DNA from: Escherichia phage REP8
DNA: 64,000 nucleotides
Sequence record: OQ174507.1
Reading direction: 5' to 3' (one strand)
Each line of letters opens with the position of its first letter. Position 1 is the stretch's first letter. Position numbers and translations under genes: made by a program. The notes beneath the pieces are model-generated. The model was not told the DNA's origin and made no database searches. It saw nothing but the letters and a program-made list of their open reading frames with translations. Of the stretch, positions 46,140-56,821 are shown piece by piece.

Positions 46140-48117
46140 AGGTCGTAAATTGAAAGAGGCTGGTCAGTTTATTGGTCATTGTGCATGTCCACGTTGTGGT
46201 TCATCAGATGCTGGTTCAATCTACCATCATGACGATGATTCTTATTCGATGACTTGCTTTAGCTGTAACAAAGGTTTCCCAGAGTGGGATTTTGATAAAG
46301 GACAAATCGTGAGCACTTACTCTACTGGTTCAGACAATAAAAACCGTACTTTCCGTGGAATGGATTTAGCCGATGTAAAAGAAAACCTTGAAGCAATGGA
46401 CTTAAAAGACAGGAAGATTCCTGCAAAAGTTCTTGAGCGTTTGGGTATCAAGGTTGACATTGACAGTGACGGTGAAATTGACGCACATTTCTACCCAACT
46501 TACAAACGTAATGAAGATGGTAAGTTAGAGCACGTTGGTTACCGTGTACGTCACCGTTACCCAGAAGACCATCCAAAAGAGCACCTACGTGGTAAGCTAA
46601 AAGACTTTTCTGGTGGTGTCGGAGACATTAAAGGTGAACTGGCAATGTTCGGTTCATGGATTGCTCCAGAAGGTGGTAACCGTCTATTCATCTGGGAAGG
46701 TGAGATGGAATGTGCGACAGCAATCTACATGACTTCTTTGGCGATTAAAGATAAGTCTCGTCGTAAGAATTACTGTCACGTATCTGTCCCATCAGGTGCA
46801 AACATCAAGTCTATCAAAGATAACTATCAGTACATTACATCATTTGATGAGATTTACTTGTGCTTTGATAACGATGAAGCAGGTGCTAAAGCCACTAAAG
46901 AGGCTGCTGGTATCCTACCTATTGAGAAGGTTCGTTTATTCCAGTATCCAGAAGGTGTAAAAGACCTTAACGAGTGGTGGACAAAGTTCTATAAAGAGAA
47001 AGATACAGTTCTGGAGGGGTTTAAGCAGCGTATCTACAATGCACCTCGTTACTGTCCTGCTGGTATCAAGAACTTCGCAGATGGTTTTGAGGCAATGAAG
47101 AATCGTGGTCAGATTCCATTGATTCCTTTCCCAGAATCTTTCGGGGATTTGAACAGACTGACTTATGGTGGTTACGGTTTAGGCGAGATTACGACTATTG
47201 CAGCACCATCCTCAGTAGGTAAATCAGCTTACACCCGTGAAATGATTTACACTGCTTGGAAAGAAACTGATTATAATATTGGTGTAATTCCTGTAGAGGA
47301 TACCTATGAAGAGTTGATGGAGATGCTCTGTGCAATCCACCTAAGCAAGCAGATTTCTGAGATTCCTTATGATGAACGAGATTGGGATGAATTAAAGGGA
47401 GCACACGCCGAGCTTTCAAAAGGTCGTCGTATCCATATCGTTGACCATCAAGGGGCAATTGACCAAGATAACTTGCTGGAGTTTGTTGACTATCTTGTTA
47501 ACAGCTTAGATTGTAAGATTATTATTCTTGACCCTATTACGTTGGCTCTGTCACGTTCAGATACGGATGAAGAGGAAGTTTTGTCTGAGCTATTGCGTCG
47601 TTGCAAACGCTACCAGTATGCGCAGGTAAACGTATGTCACGTTCGTAAGAGTGCAGGTGGTCAGAAAGCTAACTCTGAAGGTGGGGATATCTCTGAAGAG
47701 GATATCAAGGGTTCTGGTGCGTATTTCCAGATTTCCATGAATAATATTTTGTTAATGCGTAACAAGGTTGACCCAGACCCTGTTAAGAAAAACTTGACAA
47801 AAATCAAGTTAACTAAATGTCGTCGTCACGGTAAGTCAACGGGTATTGCTGGTCATACTTGGTACAATCCAGATACAGGGCGTCTCATTAAAGCATCTGG
47901 TTGTGGAGTTGACATTGATGGTGCAGCAGAAAATATCCGTCAACAGTTTGGTATTGGTGAGGCTGAAGACCATTACGATGACTCTTTGCCACATTATGAG
48001 GATGAAGTGTTTGACCGTGAGACTGGTGAAGTCTATACTGATGAGCAGCGTCAAAGCTCAACGATTCCACCTGTATTAAGTGAGGATGCAGATGACTGCC
48101 CGTTCGAAACTGAGTGA
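46126..48117 (+). CDS. DNA primase-helicase (T7 gp4-like)
   Basis: 663 aa; N-terminal zinc ribbon CPRCGS...CFSCNKGF; C-terminal DnaB-type P-loop APSSVGKSAYT. Confidence 0.65.
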   Translation: MLMSKGRKLKEAGQFIGHCACPRCGSSDAGSIYHHDDDSYSMTCFSCNKGFPEWDFDKGQIVSTYSTGSDNKNRTFRGMDLADVKENLEAMDLKDRKIPAKVLERLGIKVDIDSDGEIDAHFYPTYKRNEDGKLEHVGYRVRHRYPEDHPKEHLRGKLKDFSGGVGDIKGELAMFGSWIAPEGGNRLFIWEGEMECATAIYMTSLAIKDKSRRKNYCHVSVPSGANIKSIKDNYQYITSFDEIYLCFDNDEAGAKATKEAAGILPIEKVRLFQYPEGVKDLNEWWTKFYKEKDTVLEGFKQRIYNAPRYCPAGIKNFADGFEAMKNRGQIPLIPFPESFGDLNRLTYGGYGLGEITTIAAPSSVGKSAYTREMIYTAWKETDYNIGVIPVEDTYEELMEMLCAIHLSKQISEIPYDERDWDELKGAHAELSKGRRIHIVDHQGAIDQDNLLEFVDYLVNSLDCKIIILDPITLALSRSDTDEEEVLSELLRRCKRYQYAQVNVCHVRKSAGGQKANSEGGDISEEDIKGSGAYFQISMNNILLMRNKVDPDPVKKNLTKIKLTKCRRHGKSTGIAGHTWYNPDTGRLIKASGCGVDIDGAAENIRQQFGIGEAEDHYDDSLPHYEDEVFDRETGEVYTDEQRQSSTIPPVLSEDADDCPFETE

Positions 48118-48591
48118 TATCTATAAAAGAGAGGGGTTCATACCCTTCTTTGAAGAAAAAAGTTTAAATAAATTTCAGGAAGAGTGTTTGACAAAGGTTG
48201 ATAGGTTCTATAGAATGCTCTACATGAAATGTGATGGGGGTGTTGAGGTAGAAGAAAAGTTCCATCACAGCATAATCACAGTCACTATTACTATACCTAA
48301 ACATAATATTGGTTGGCTGTTTATAATGAAAGAAAATGTGTTTGAATATCAAGTATATCGGAGAATATCATGAAACACTCTAAAGCATTTGAAAAAGTTT
48401 TTGGGGATTCCTTAAAAGCCACTGCTGGAAAACCAGCAAAATACTATGAAGAGAAGCGTGTAAGAACTGGAAAAACTGCACGTAAAGCAGCTTCTAAAGA
48501 TAAGCACAACTTCCAGTAATTAATGTTTGACAATAGAGTATCAACAAATTAGAATTGGTACTCTTCATAAATTGAGATAGAGGTTTAAATA

Positions 48592-49446
48592 ATGTCTAAA
48601 GTTGTTAAAATGAAAGCTCCGGTAGAGAAGTACAACGGTACTGAACGTCAAACTCTGCGTTACCTTCTGAAAGATGTCTGGTTTTATTACCTGAACACTT
48701 CACCACGTCCGGGTAAAGGTAAATCTATTGACAAGAAATTCCCAGGAAAAGATTGTAACTACAGCGTATCAATTCTGGCAGAAGACGGTAACAAACTCTT
48801 TAAAGAGTTTACTAAGTCTAAGAAGAACCCAGAAGGTTGGGATAAAGTTACTACTGAAGCAGTTGATGCAGATGACTTCGAAGAGAAGTTTGGCTGCAAA
48901 CCACCATTTGAAGCAGACACTTACTACATCTTGAAAGTAAGTCGTGCAGCAGCTTATAAAGATGGTGCTGTATGGACAGCTAAACAGTCATTCCCTGTAA
49001 TGCTGATTGAGGAAGTAAATGGTAAGCGTGTAGCTGTTAAACAGCCGATGAAGAAAATCAAAGCTCAAGCATCTGATAAACATGAAGATGACAAGAACTA
49101 TGATGTAATTCATCCAGATATTGCAGTTGGTAACGGTTCTTTCGGTAGTGTGATTCTCTCTACTCACTTCTACACTTTTGAGAACAATGTTCTGACAAAA
49201 CCTATTCAGGAACAGTTTATCATTGATACTCTTGTACCTTACACTGGTGGTAACGGTGCTAATGGTGAACCTGAACTGGATGAAGATGAACTGGCTATGC
49301 TTGGTCTTGATGGTGTCGAAGATAACGGTGAAATCACTGAAGAAGACGCAAAAGACCACAAACCTTCGAACGATTCTGATGATGATGATGAAGATTTGCC
49401 AGACCCAGATGACGAAGAAGATGAAGACTTCGATACAGAAGATTAA
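48592..49446 (+). CDS. single-stranded DNA-binding protein (T7 gp2.5-like)
   Basis: 284 aa with strongly acidic C-terminal tail ...DDDDEDLPDPDDEEDEDFDTED. Confidence 0.5.
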   Translation: MSKVVKMKAPVEKYNGTERQTLRYLLKDVWFYYLNTSPRPGKGKSIDKKFPGKDCNYSVSILAEDGNKLFKEFTKSKKNPEGWDKVTTEAVDADDFEEKFGCKPPFEADTYYILKVSRAAAYKDGAVWTAKQSFPVMLIEEVNGKRVAVKQPMKKIKAQASDKHEDDKNYDVIHPDIAVGNGSFGSVILSTHFYTFENNVLTKPIQEQFIIDTLVPYTGGNGANGEPELDEDELAMLGLDGVEDNGEITEEDAKDHKPSNDSDDDDEDLPDPDDEEDEDFDTED

Positions 49447-49463
49447 TCTCTAAAGTTGCTTTA

Positions 49464-49491
49464 AAGCCCTGTACTCCGTATGGGGCTTTTT
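49464..49491 (+). terminator. rho-independent terminator
   Basis: AGCCC-loop-GGGCT followed by TTTTT. Confidence 0.45.
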
Positions 49492-49507
49492 CATATGGAG
49501 AGCCATA

Positions 49508-50548
49508 ATGGAGAAGTACACATTAACAAAACTTCCCGATTCAGTTACACATGTTTTTATTGACTCTGACAGTATTGCCTATAAAGGTGCTTGTGTAGTT
49601 GAGAAAGCAAAATATAAATATGTCAATAAACTCACAGCAGAAGAGTCTGAGCCATTTGATAATGCGAAAGATGCTGCAAGATGGTTAGCAGACCAGAGAA
49701 TCCTTGTGGAAGAGCTTGGTCTGACATTTGATGAAGATGAATGGGAAAGACAGACTTGGAAAGAAGCTAAGAGTGAAAAAGAAGCTATCATGGCTACTCA
49801 ACAGGTGCTTCAGGAATGGCTTAAGGTTGTTGGTAAAGAGAGAACTTGGGTAGGTTATTTAACAGAGAAAGGTGTGCATAAACATAAAGACATTAAAGGT
49901 CTTGAGCACCAATATCAAGGGAACCGTAAAGATGCTGTCACACCAACACACTTAGTTGCTTGTCGTGAATACCTTTTATCCAGACCAGAGTTCAAGCTGA
50001 TTCTTGATGGATTTGAAGCTGACTCTATCGTTATTGCTAAAGCTGAAAAGATGGGAAAAAAGGCTGCCTTAATGAGTATTGATAAAGACCTTCGCCAAGC
50101 TGAAGGGACTTACTGCATTGATATGACCTATGAAAAGTCGCCTTTGATTTTTATTGCTGATAACAACGTTGGTGAAATTTGGGATTGTCCAATAAAATCG
50201 ACACCAAAAGCTAAGAAGACAGTTGGTGTGGGTTTTAAATTCCTTTGTTATCAAGCTGTGGCTGGTGACAATGCTGATAATTATTTTGGTTTAAAGGGCG
50301 TTGGTAAGGCTACTGTAATGAAAGCCCTTGAAGGTAAAAATACTTATAAAGAGTGTCTTGATGCTATCTATGAACTTTATGCTAAGAAAGAGTCATACAC
50401 TTATGTATCATGGGATGGTCAAACAATTACCAGAACACCTTTAGAGTTAATGCAGCAACACTTTTTCTTAGCTTATCAGGAAAGAAATAAGAAAGACGAT
50501 TTTACTTTTAAGAAATATAATTGGGAGCCGTGTATGAATGAAGATTAA
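49508..50548 (+). CDS. probable 5'-3' exonuclease (FEN-like)
   Basis: 346 aa; acidic N-terminal motif FIDSDSIAYK; position in replication module. Confidence 0.4.
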   Translation: MEKYTLTKLPDSVTHVFIDSDSIAYKGACVVEKAKYKYVNKLTAEESEPFDNAKDAARWLADQRILVEELGLTFDEDEWERQTWKEAKSEKEAIMATQQVLQEWLKVVGKERTWVGYLTEKGVHKHKDIKGLEHQYQGNRKDAVTPTHLVACREYLLSRPEFKLILDGFEADSIVIAKAEKMGKKAALMSIDKDLRQAEGTYCIDMTYEKSPLIFIADNNVGEIWDCPIKSTPKAKKTVGVGFKFLCYQAVAGDNADNYFGLKGVGKATVMKALEGKNTYKECLDAIYELYAKKESYTYVSWDGQTITRTPLELMQQHFFLAYQERNKKDDFTFKKYNWEPCMNED

Positions 50549-51035
50549 AGGATTTGGTAATTGCCCCACCTATGGTCATTGGGTATCTTTATGTGGGGAA
50601 GTTGACCCCACTAAACATTTTGGTTTTGTCTATTTAGTACACTGTAAGAAAACCGGACAATATTATATAGGAAGGAAACAGTTTAACAGTGTTACCAAAA
50701 GAAAAGTTGCTGGAAAGACTCGGAAGAAGGTAGTCACTAAGGAGAGTGATTGGATGACTTATGAGACTTCTTCTGAGTATATTAAAAAAGATATTGAGAG
50801 CTTTGGAAAAGAATTTTTTGACTTTTACATTATTCAGACCTACTACACAAAAGGTGGCCTAGTTTATGGTGAAGCAAACCTTCAACATAAGTTCGATGTA
50901 ATGACAAAAAGGATTGACTCGAAGCTCAGACTCTTCTACAATGCCAATATTGCAGCAATTAAGTTTATCACTAAAGAAACTTATGAAGATGCTGAAAAAA
51001 GAATCCATAAGGTAATGAAAGCAAATTGTGCTTGA
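50538..51035 (+). CDS. GIY-YIG endonuclease-like protein
   Basis: 165 aa; FGFVYLVHCKKTGQYYIGRKQ fits the GIY-(8-11 aa)-YIG-R pattern. Confidence 0.4.
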   Translation: MKIKGFGNCPTYGHWVSLCGEVDPTKHFGFVYLVHCKKTGQYYIGRKQFNSVTKRKVAGKTRKKVVTKESDWMTYETSSEYIKKDIESFGKEFFDFYIIQTYYTKGGLVYGEANLQHKFDVMTKRIDSKLRLFYNANIAAIKFITKETYEDAEKRIHKVMKANCA

Positions 51036-51041
51036 TAACTA

Positions 51042-51305
51042 TTGAGAGAGAATAAAATGTTTAACAAAAGCAAAGCTGTGAGTCATGTAGCAAAAGTTGA
51101 CAGCAAGATTGAAGAACTTGAGCGCATCCTTGCAAATGCTAGAGAGTCAATAATCAAAGAAGTTGAAGCTGTTGAATCTCAAATGCAGCACCTAATGCTT
51201 AAACGTCAAGAGCTACGTGAGCATCTAGAATATATTGAAACACGAGAGCTAAAAGTTAACAGATATTTTAAGGAGTCCGAATGTTTAACTCAAGAGAATC
51301 AGTAA
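51042..51305 (+). CDS. hypothetical small coiled-coil protein
   Basis: 87 aa. Confidence 0.3.
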   Translation: MRENKMFNKSKAVSHVAKVDSKIEELERILANARESIIKEVEAVESQMQHLMLKRQELREHLEYIETRELKVNRYFKESECLTQENQ

Positions 51306-52036
51306 AAAACTGGAACCTTCGTTGTGGAAACACTCAAAAGCAACCTTACAGTAATGAGTATTGGGAATCTTTAAAATCTCAATCTCTGTGTATGCTTGAA
51401 GAAGCAAAAGAGCTTGTAAAAGCAATTGAAGAGAAAGACCCCATTGAGACACTGGATGCTCAGGCAGATTTACAATATGTTCTTGACGGTTTGATTTACC
51501 TGTCACAACATGACCATAACGGTGCTATGGAAGCTGTTTGCCATAATAATGACCTGAAGTACACAGATGACTATGAAGAAGCTTTAAAGCGTCTTGCAGA
51601 TGTTGAGAAGCGTACTGGTCAAGAGTGTATCATCAGAATGTCAGTGGTTGATGGTAAAGAGTGGTATGCGATTGTCCGTGCAGCCGATGGGAAGATTATG
51701 AAGCAATCTAACCTCCCTAAAGTACAGCTTGGCGAATACATTGTAGAGCTTGAAAGCCAAGAACTTTTTGTGGTAGTATCTGAGACATGCGTTATCTGCA
51801 AAGGTATTGTAGGTAGCTTAAAGGATTTGGGTGTAGGTGGTTTTGTAGAAGTTAATCCAATTACCTCTAAAGCAGATAAAGATTTCTGTAAAGAGAATGG
51901 ACTATGGATTGCAGATATTGTCTACTATGATGGTGAGCAGTTCCATGTAACCTCATACCCGAAACTGAATTATGATGCTAATAACCTGAAGTGCTGGTTA
52001 AAAGGGGTTGGTTATAATGGATTCACAGAGCATTAA
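51281..52036 (+). CDS. hypothetical protein (possibly MazG-like pyrophosphohydrolase)
   Basis: 251 aa; N-terminal EEAKELVKAIEEKD...LDAQADLQYVLDGL loosely resembles MazG helices. Confidence 0.3.
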   Translation: MFNSRESVKNWNLRCGNTQKQPYSNEYWESLKSQSLCMLEEAKELVKAIEEKDPIETLDAQADLQYVLDGLIYLSQHDHNGAMEAVCHNNDLKYTDDYEEALKRLADVEKRTGQECIIRMSVVDGKEWYAIVRAADGKIMKQSNLPKVQLGEYIVELESQELFVVVSETCVICKGIVGSLKDLGVGGFVEVNPITSKADKDFCKENGLWIADIVYYDGEQFHVTSYPKLNYDANNLKCWLKGVGYNGFTEH

Positions 52037-52340
52037 TAAAGAAGGTGTGGCTCAGAAGAGCCACTTCTCAAACTACAATATCTCTATGACGGTGTTTATG
52101 TATGACCCGTTACTTGAGAAGTATGGTGAGACTCCAGATACACTTCTGGATAATGAACAAGTTTTAAAAGCAGTCCTGTACAAATATGGGATTGATATCG
52201 AGAAAGAGTATTCCTTTGAAATCTGCCTACACAGAAATACTTTTGGGAAAGTTGTGATGGCTCCACTCTTCATGGGTGTAGAAAGAACTGACTATGGTTG
52301 GTTATATCTAAAAAGAAACTTGGAGAAATACCGTGTCTAA
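52008..52340 (+). CDS. hypothetical protein
   Basis: 110 aa. Confidence 0.3.
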   Translation: MVIMDSQSINKEGVAQKSHFSNYNISMTVFMYDPLLEKYGETPDTLLDNEQVLKAVLYKYGIDIEKEYSFEICLHRNTFGKVVMAPLFMGVERTDYGWLYLKRNLEKYRV

Positions 52341-52668
52341 AGCAAAAAAGCTATCTTATGATGACATTATCTCAGGTGCTAAATTAGGTGTTGATAGTAT
52401 CGGACAAGATGTTAAGCACGGGGACACAGTTATGTACTGTGATGACCGAAGAGGCAGAAGTGCAATCTTGTTTGGAAGAATTGTTTGCAAGATGCGAGGT
52501 AATTACGTTGTTGCAGACATGGATGAGAACACTACACAAGAGCTTGAAGCAATTATGAATGGCAACACATCATCGTGGTTCCTGAATTGTATGCACACTT
52601 CTTCAGTCACAAAGGTAAGTGATAAGTTTTACGATATGTGGCAGAATGAGCAAATTTTCAAGATTTAA
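52333..52668 (+). CDS. hypothetical protein
   Basis: 111 aa; terminator downstream. Confidence 0.35.
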   Translation: MSKAKKLSYDDIISGAKLGVDSIGQDVKHGDTVMYCDDRRGRSAILFGRIVCKMRGNYVVADMDENTTQELEAIMNGNTSSWFLNCMHTSSVTKVSDKFYDMWQNEQIFKI

Positions 52669-52673
52669 ACTAG

Positions 52674-52697
52674 GGAGCCTCTTCGGAGGCTCTTTTC
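52674..52697 (+). terminator. rho-independent terminator
   Basis: GAGCCTC-TTCG-GAGGCTC followed by TTTT. Confidence 0.6.
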
Positions 52698-52714
52698 ATC
52701 TGTAGGATTCAAAA

Positions 52715-54949
52715 ATGATTAAGACAATTAAAAAATCAAACGGTACAGTAGTAAGCTTTGACCCAGAAAGATTGAATAAATGGGCATCATGGGCAGATAA
52801 GCGTGGAATTATCTGGTCAGAAGTCACTATGGAAGCTATGAAACGTGTCTATGAAGGTTGCACTACAAAAGAGATGCACCAAGCCATGATTGATGTTTGC
52901 GTTGATAAACAAACTCAAGAGTACTCAGATATGGCTGGACGACTGCTTTTGGGTATTATCTACAAAGAAGCCTTTGGAGGTTTTACTAAGGTTCCTACGC
53001 TGATTACCTTCGTTAAAAATATGGAGAGAGCAGGACTTTGGGAGAAGATGGATTATTCACAGGAAGAGCTTGAATACCTGCAAGGTTACATCGTACACTC
53101 AAAAGATATCTCTTACGGTTATGCAGTCTTGAAACAGTTCAGAGACAAGTATGGTATCCGTGATATTAAAACGGGAAGACTTTTTGAGTCACCGCAATTT
53201 ATGTTTATGGGTATGGCTATGAAAGCCTTTGAGAAGCAACCAAAGCACCGTAGACTGCAAGATGTTATCAAGCTGTACACTTACCTATCTGACCTGAAGA
53301 TTAACGCTCCTACACCTTATTTAAACGGTTTAAGAGCAACTAAATCAGGCTATGCGTCATGCTGTTTGATTAAGGCAAATGATACTGCTGAATCACTTGG
53401 TATTGCTGCAAAGGTTGCTTATGATATGACTACAAAGCAAGCTGGTATCGGTATGCTGATGGAGACTCGCACTATTGGTGATGGTATCCGTCAAAACACG
53501 ATTGAGCACATGGGTAAGCTACCTTATTACAAGCTTGTACGTTCATCTGTAGAGGCAAACAAACAGAAGAGTCGTGGTGGTTCAGCTAATAACTTCTACA
53601 CTGCTCTAGACCCGCAGATTGAAGATTTACTGCGTTTGAAGCACCCTACAACGGTTCCTTCTAAACGTATTAATGAGATGGACTACTCATTCGGCACAAA
53701 CGATTATTTCTGGCAGTGTGTTCAGTATGATACGGATTGGTTGCTATTCTCTTACAAAGATGCACCAAAACTCTATGACATGTTCTACACAGCATCTGCT
53801 GATGAGTTTGCTATGGCAGTTGGTCACGCAGTACATTCAGGTGTTAAACACAGACGAGTAAAGGCTCGTGAAATTGCCAAGCTGTTTATTCAACAGCGTT
53901 ATGCAACAGGCCGTGTGTACCCATTCTTCACGAATAATGCAAACACACATACACCATTTAAAGAGCCTTTGAAGATGTCAAATCTTTGTATGGAAATTGT
54001 GTTGCCAGTGTATGGTTTTGAGAAAGAGACAGACCTTTACAGAGATGATGCTGTGAAAGAAGATGGTGAGGTAGCTCTTTGCTTCCTAGCTAGTTTGGTT
54101 GCAGGGAGAATTTCAGAAGATGAATACGCTGACGTTGCTTATTATGCTCTTGCAATGGTTGACTCCGTTATTGACCTTATGGATTATCCGTATCCGTCGA
54201 TGCGTAACCATGTTCAGAAGCGCCGTTCTGTTGGGATTGGCCTTACAAATGTGGCTCATTACCTTGCGAAGAACTACGTGAACTACTCTTCACGAGCAGG
54301 TAAAACGAAACTTCATGAACTGGCAGAGATGCACTCTTACTACTTACACGAAGCCTCTCTGAGACTTGCTAAAGAACGTGGCGTGCCAGAGTACATGAAG
54401 TTCACTAAGTACCCTGAAGGCTGGGTTCCTCCAAAGACAGCCAACAAGAAGATTGATGAAAAGCATGATGCAAAACTACGATATGATTGGGATGACTTAG
54501 CACAACGTATAAAAGAAAATGGTGGAATCCGAAACTCTGTATTAGAAGCTTACATGCCTAATGAGAGTTCTTCACTAGCAACTAACACGACAAATGGCTT
54601 GTACCCAATTCGTGACTTTATTTTAACTAAAAAGTCTGCAACTGGTAACGTACTGTTTATTGTTCCAGATTATGAAGAGTTGAAGTATGTTTATGAAATT
54701 GCTTGGGATATTGACACCTTTGATATGATTGATTGTTATGCAATTGTTCAAAAGTTCACTGGTCAAGCTATTTCTTCAGACTTCTATGTTGACTATGCAA
54801 AGTCTAAGAAGGTATCATTAGCTCAAGCTTTGAAGTACATGATTTATGCCAACTCGGTAGGTATGAAAACCATGTACTACCTTAACAGTCGCATTGGTGT
54901 AGGTAAATCTGCACTGCAAGATGCTTATTGCGAGGGTTGTGGTGTTTAG
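52715..54949 (+). CDS. nrdA: ribonucleotide reductase class Ia alpha subunit
   Basis: 744 aa; N-terminal ATP-cone, NLCMEI active-site region, C-terminal YCEGCGV cysteine pair. Confidence 0.75.
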   Translation: MIKTIKKSNGTVVSFDPERLNKWASWADKRGIIWSEVTMEAMKRVYEGCTTKEMHQAMIDVCVDKQTQEYSDMAGRLLLGIIYKEAFGGFTKVPTLITFVKNMERAGLWEKMDYSQEELEYLQGYIVHSKDISYGYAVLKQFRDKYGIRDIKTGRLFESPQFMFMGMAMKAFEKQPKHRRLQDVIKLYTYLSDLKINAPTPYLNGLRATKSGYASCCLIKANDTAESLGIAAKVAYDMTTKQAGIGMLMETRTIGDGIRQNTIEHMGKLPYYKLVRSSVEANKQKSRGGSANNFYTALDPQIEDLLRLKHPTTVPSKRINEMDYSFGTNDYFWQCVQYDTDWLLFSYKDAPKLYDMFYTASADEFAMAVGHAVHSGVKHRRVKAREIAKLFIQQRYATGRVYPFFTNNANTHTPFKEPLKMSNLCMEIVLPVYGFEKETDLYRDDAVKEDGEVALCFLASLVAGRISEDEYADVAYYALAMVDSVIDLMDYPYPSMRNHVQKRRSVGIGLTNVAHYLAKNYVNYSSRAGKTKLHELAEMHSYYLHEASLRLAKERGVPEYMKFTKYPEGWVPPKTANKKIDEKHDAKLRYDWDDLAQRIKENGGIRNSVLEAYMPNESSSLATNTTNGLYPIRDFILTKKSATGNVLFIVPDYEELKYVYEIAWDIDTFDMIDCYAIVQKFTGQAISSDFYVDYAKSKKVSLAQALKYMIYANSVGMKTMYYLNSRIGVGKSALQDAYCEGCGV

Positions 54950-54997
54950 TTTTAACAACTATGAGGGTCGTAAAAGACCCTCTAAAAATAACTTTGG

Positions 54998-55262
54998 AGA
55001 GACCATGAAAGATTTAATAGAAAAACATGAGCGACCTATATACTTGCTCCACAAGCCTCGGAAAACGATGTACTATGTGAGTAGCACAGATATGATGATA
55101 AAACAAAATGATGACTCATGGGTTGCTGGTATCTCTTACATCTCTACAGCAGATGGTAAAATCTACGCAAGACCTTATGAGATGTTTAACAAAGAAAATT
55201 GGGAAGTTTTAGACAGAAAACAAGCCTTAGAAATGATAAAGAAAGGAGAAATCACGCTATGA
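54998..55262 (+). CDS. hypothetical small protein
   Basis: 88 aa from ATG 54998; ORF-track frame 54921..55262 overlaps the nrdA end. Confidence 0.3.
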
Positions 55263-56332
55263 TTAACCAGCACCCAATCTTTTTAGGTGGTGAGAGAAAG
55301 ACATTTGACTCACTTAATAAACACTACCCAAAAATCTTTGAGCTTTATAAACAACAAAAGGCACAAGACTGGTCAGAAGATGAGTTTCCTTTTGAACAAT
55401 CACGTCTTGATTTTGAGAGTGTGCCAGCATCAATGTCAGGTGTAATGCTTGAGATTCTTAAGTGGCAGTGGGAAGCAGATACCCAAGTTGCTAAGAGCTT
55501 GGCATTTGCCTTTGCACCATTTATCTCTGATGACATCTATGCAACTGCAATTATGAAGCAGTCTGAGATTGAAAACCTACATGCTCTTACTTACTCAGAG
55601 ATTGTAAGGCAATGTATTAAAAACCCTGAAACAATCTTAGATGAGATTAACCAGAATGTTGCTGTGCAAGACCGATTAAAAACTGTGAATCGTGTTCTTG
55701 AAGAATTACTGGATGAAGGCATAAACTATCGCCTGAGTTATGTGCGTGATTCGCTTCTGGACAAAGACCCTTTACACTTCCATAAAGTGATTCTAAAAGG
55801 TCTATTTGCAGTGACTGCACTGGAAGGTATATCTTTTATGGCATCCTTTGCATGTACTTTTGCACTTGATGCTCAAGATAAATTTCAGGGTATTGCTCAA
55901 GCTGTCCAGAAAATTATGCTTGACGAAATCCTTCACACTAAAATTGATATTGAAGTTTTAAAAGAAACTTTAAGAGATGATGAGTGGCAGAAAGCTTTTC
56001 AACAAATTCTTCCAGAGATTAAAGTAATCTTAGATGAAGTGGTTGAAAGTGAAGAGAAATGGTCGTATTATATCTTCTCCGAAGGACGTGCTGTAGTCGG
56101 CTTAAATACAAAGCTTCTTCATGAGTGGGTTTACTATAATGCTGCCCCACTGTATGATATGTTTGGCATTCCCAGAGATTTTGTAGCTCCTAAAGAACCA
56201 CCTTTGAAGTACATGATTAAGAAGATGGAAATTGATAAAGAGCAGAATGCTAATCAGGAGCAGCAGAACGGTGCGTACCTGTTGAATACTGTTGTAGATG
56301 ATTTGAATAGTGGATTTTTAGAGGTTCCTTAA
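55260..56332 (+). CDS. nrdB: ribonucleotide reductase class Ia beta subunit
   Basis: ~357 aa from ATG 55260 (MINQHP...); between nrdA and a glutaredoxin gene; ORF-track frame starts at 55199. Confidence 0.55.
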
Positions 56333-56574
56333 TGACTTATGTAATTTACTCCAAAACTGGATGCCCTCAGTGTGAGACTGCAAAGAATTTTGCAAAAGCT
56401 CGTGGTATTGACCATGTTGTGAGGATGTTAGGGCAGGATTATGAGCTATCAGAACTAATGGACATTGCACAGATGCCAGTTCGTCAGATGCCATTCATCA
56501 TGAAAACTGATGGACAAAACCTAAAACCTGTTGGGACGCTACAGAATTTTATGGCAGAGGTGAATAATGCTTAA
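56332..56574 (+). CDS. glutaredoxin/NrdH-like redoxin
   Basis: 80 aa; CPQC redox motif near N-terminus. Confidence 0.6.
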   Translation: MTYVIYSKTGCPQCETAKNFAKARGIDHVVRMLGQDYELSELMDIAQMPVRQMPFIMKTDGQNLKPVGTLQNFMAEVNNA

Positions 56575-56773
56575 ACGCCTTTGGGAAGGTTTGGTTGTTG
56601 ATGCACCAGCTATTGTGATTGGTATGCTTATTGTTAACCTATTTACTGACTTTGAACAAGGTTCGTTGTTTGGAGCCATGTTACTATGGGTTATCTTCGA
56701 AATATTAGAGATACAGTTAGGTATCACTGAAAAACTAAGAGAACTCTTTGCGAAGTTTTCTAAAAAGATTTAA
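56567..56773 (+). CDS. small membrane protein
   Basis: 68 aa, hydrophobic. Confidence 0.3.
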   Translation: MLKRLWEGLVVDAPAIVIGMLIVNLFTDFEQGSLFGAMLLWVIFEILEIQLGITEKLRELFAKFSKKI

Positions 56774-56777
56774 AATG

Positions 56778-56804
56778 AAAGGGTCTCTTCGGAGACCTTT
56801 TTAG
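56778..56804 (+). terminator. rho-independent terminator
   Basis: AAAGGGTCTC-TTCG-GAGACCTTT followed by TTAG. Confidence 0.5.
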
Positions 56805-56821
56805 AATGTAAAGGGGCAATA

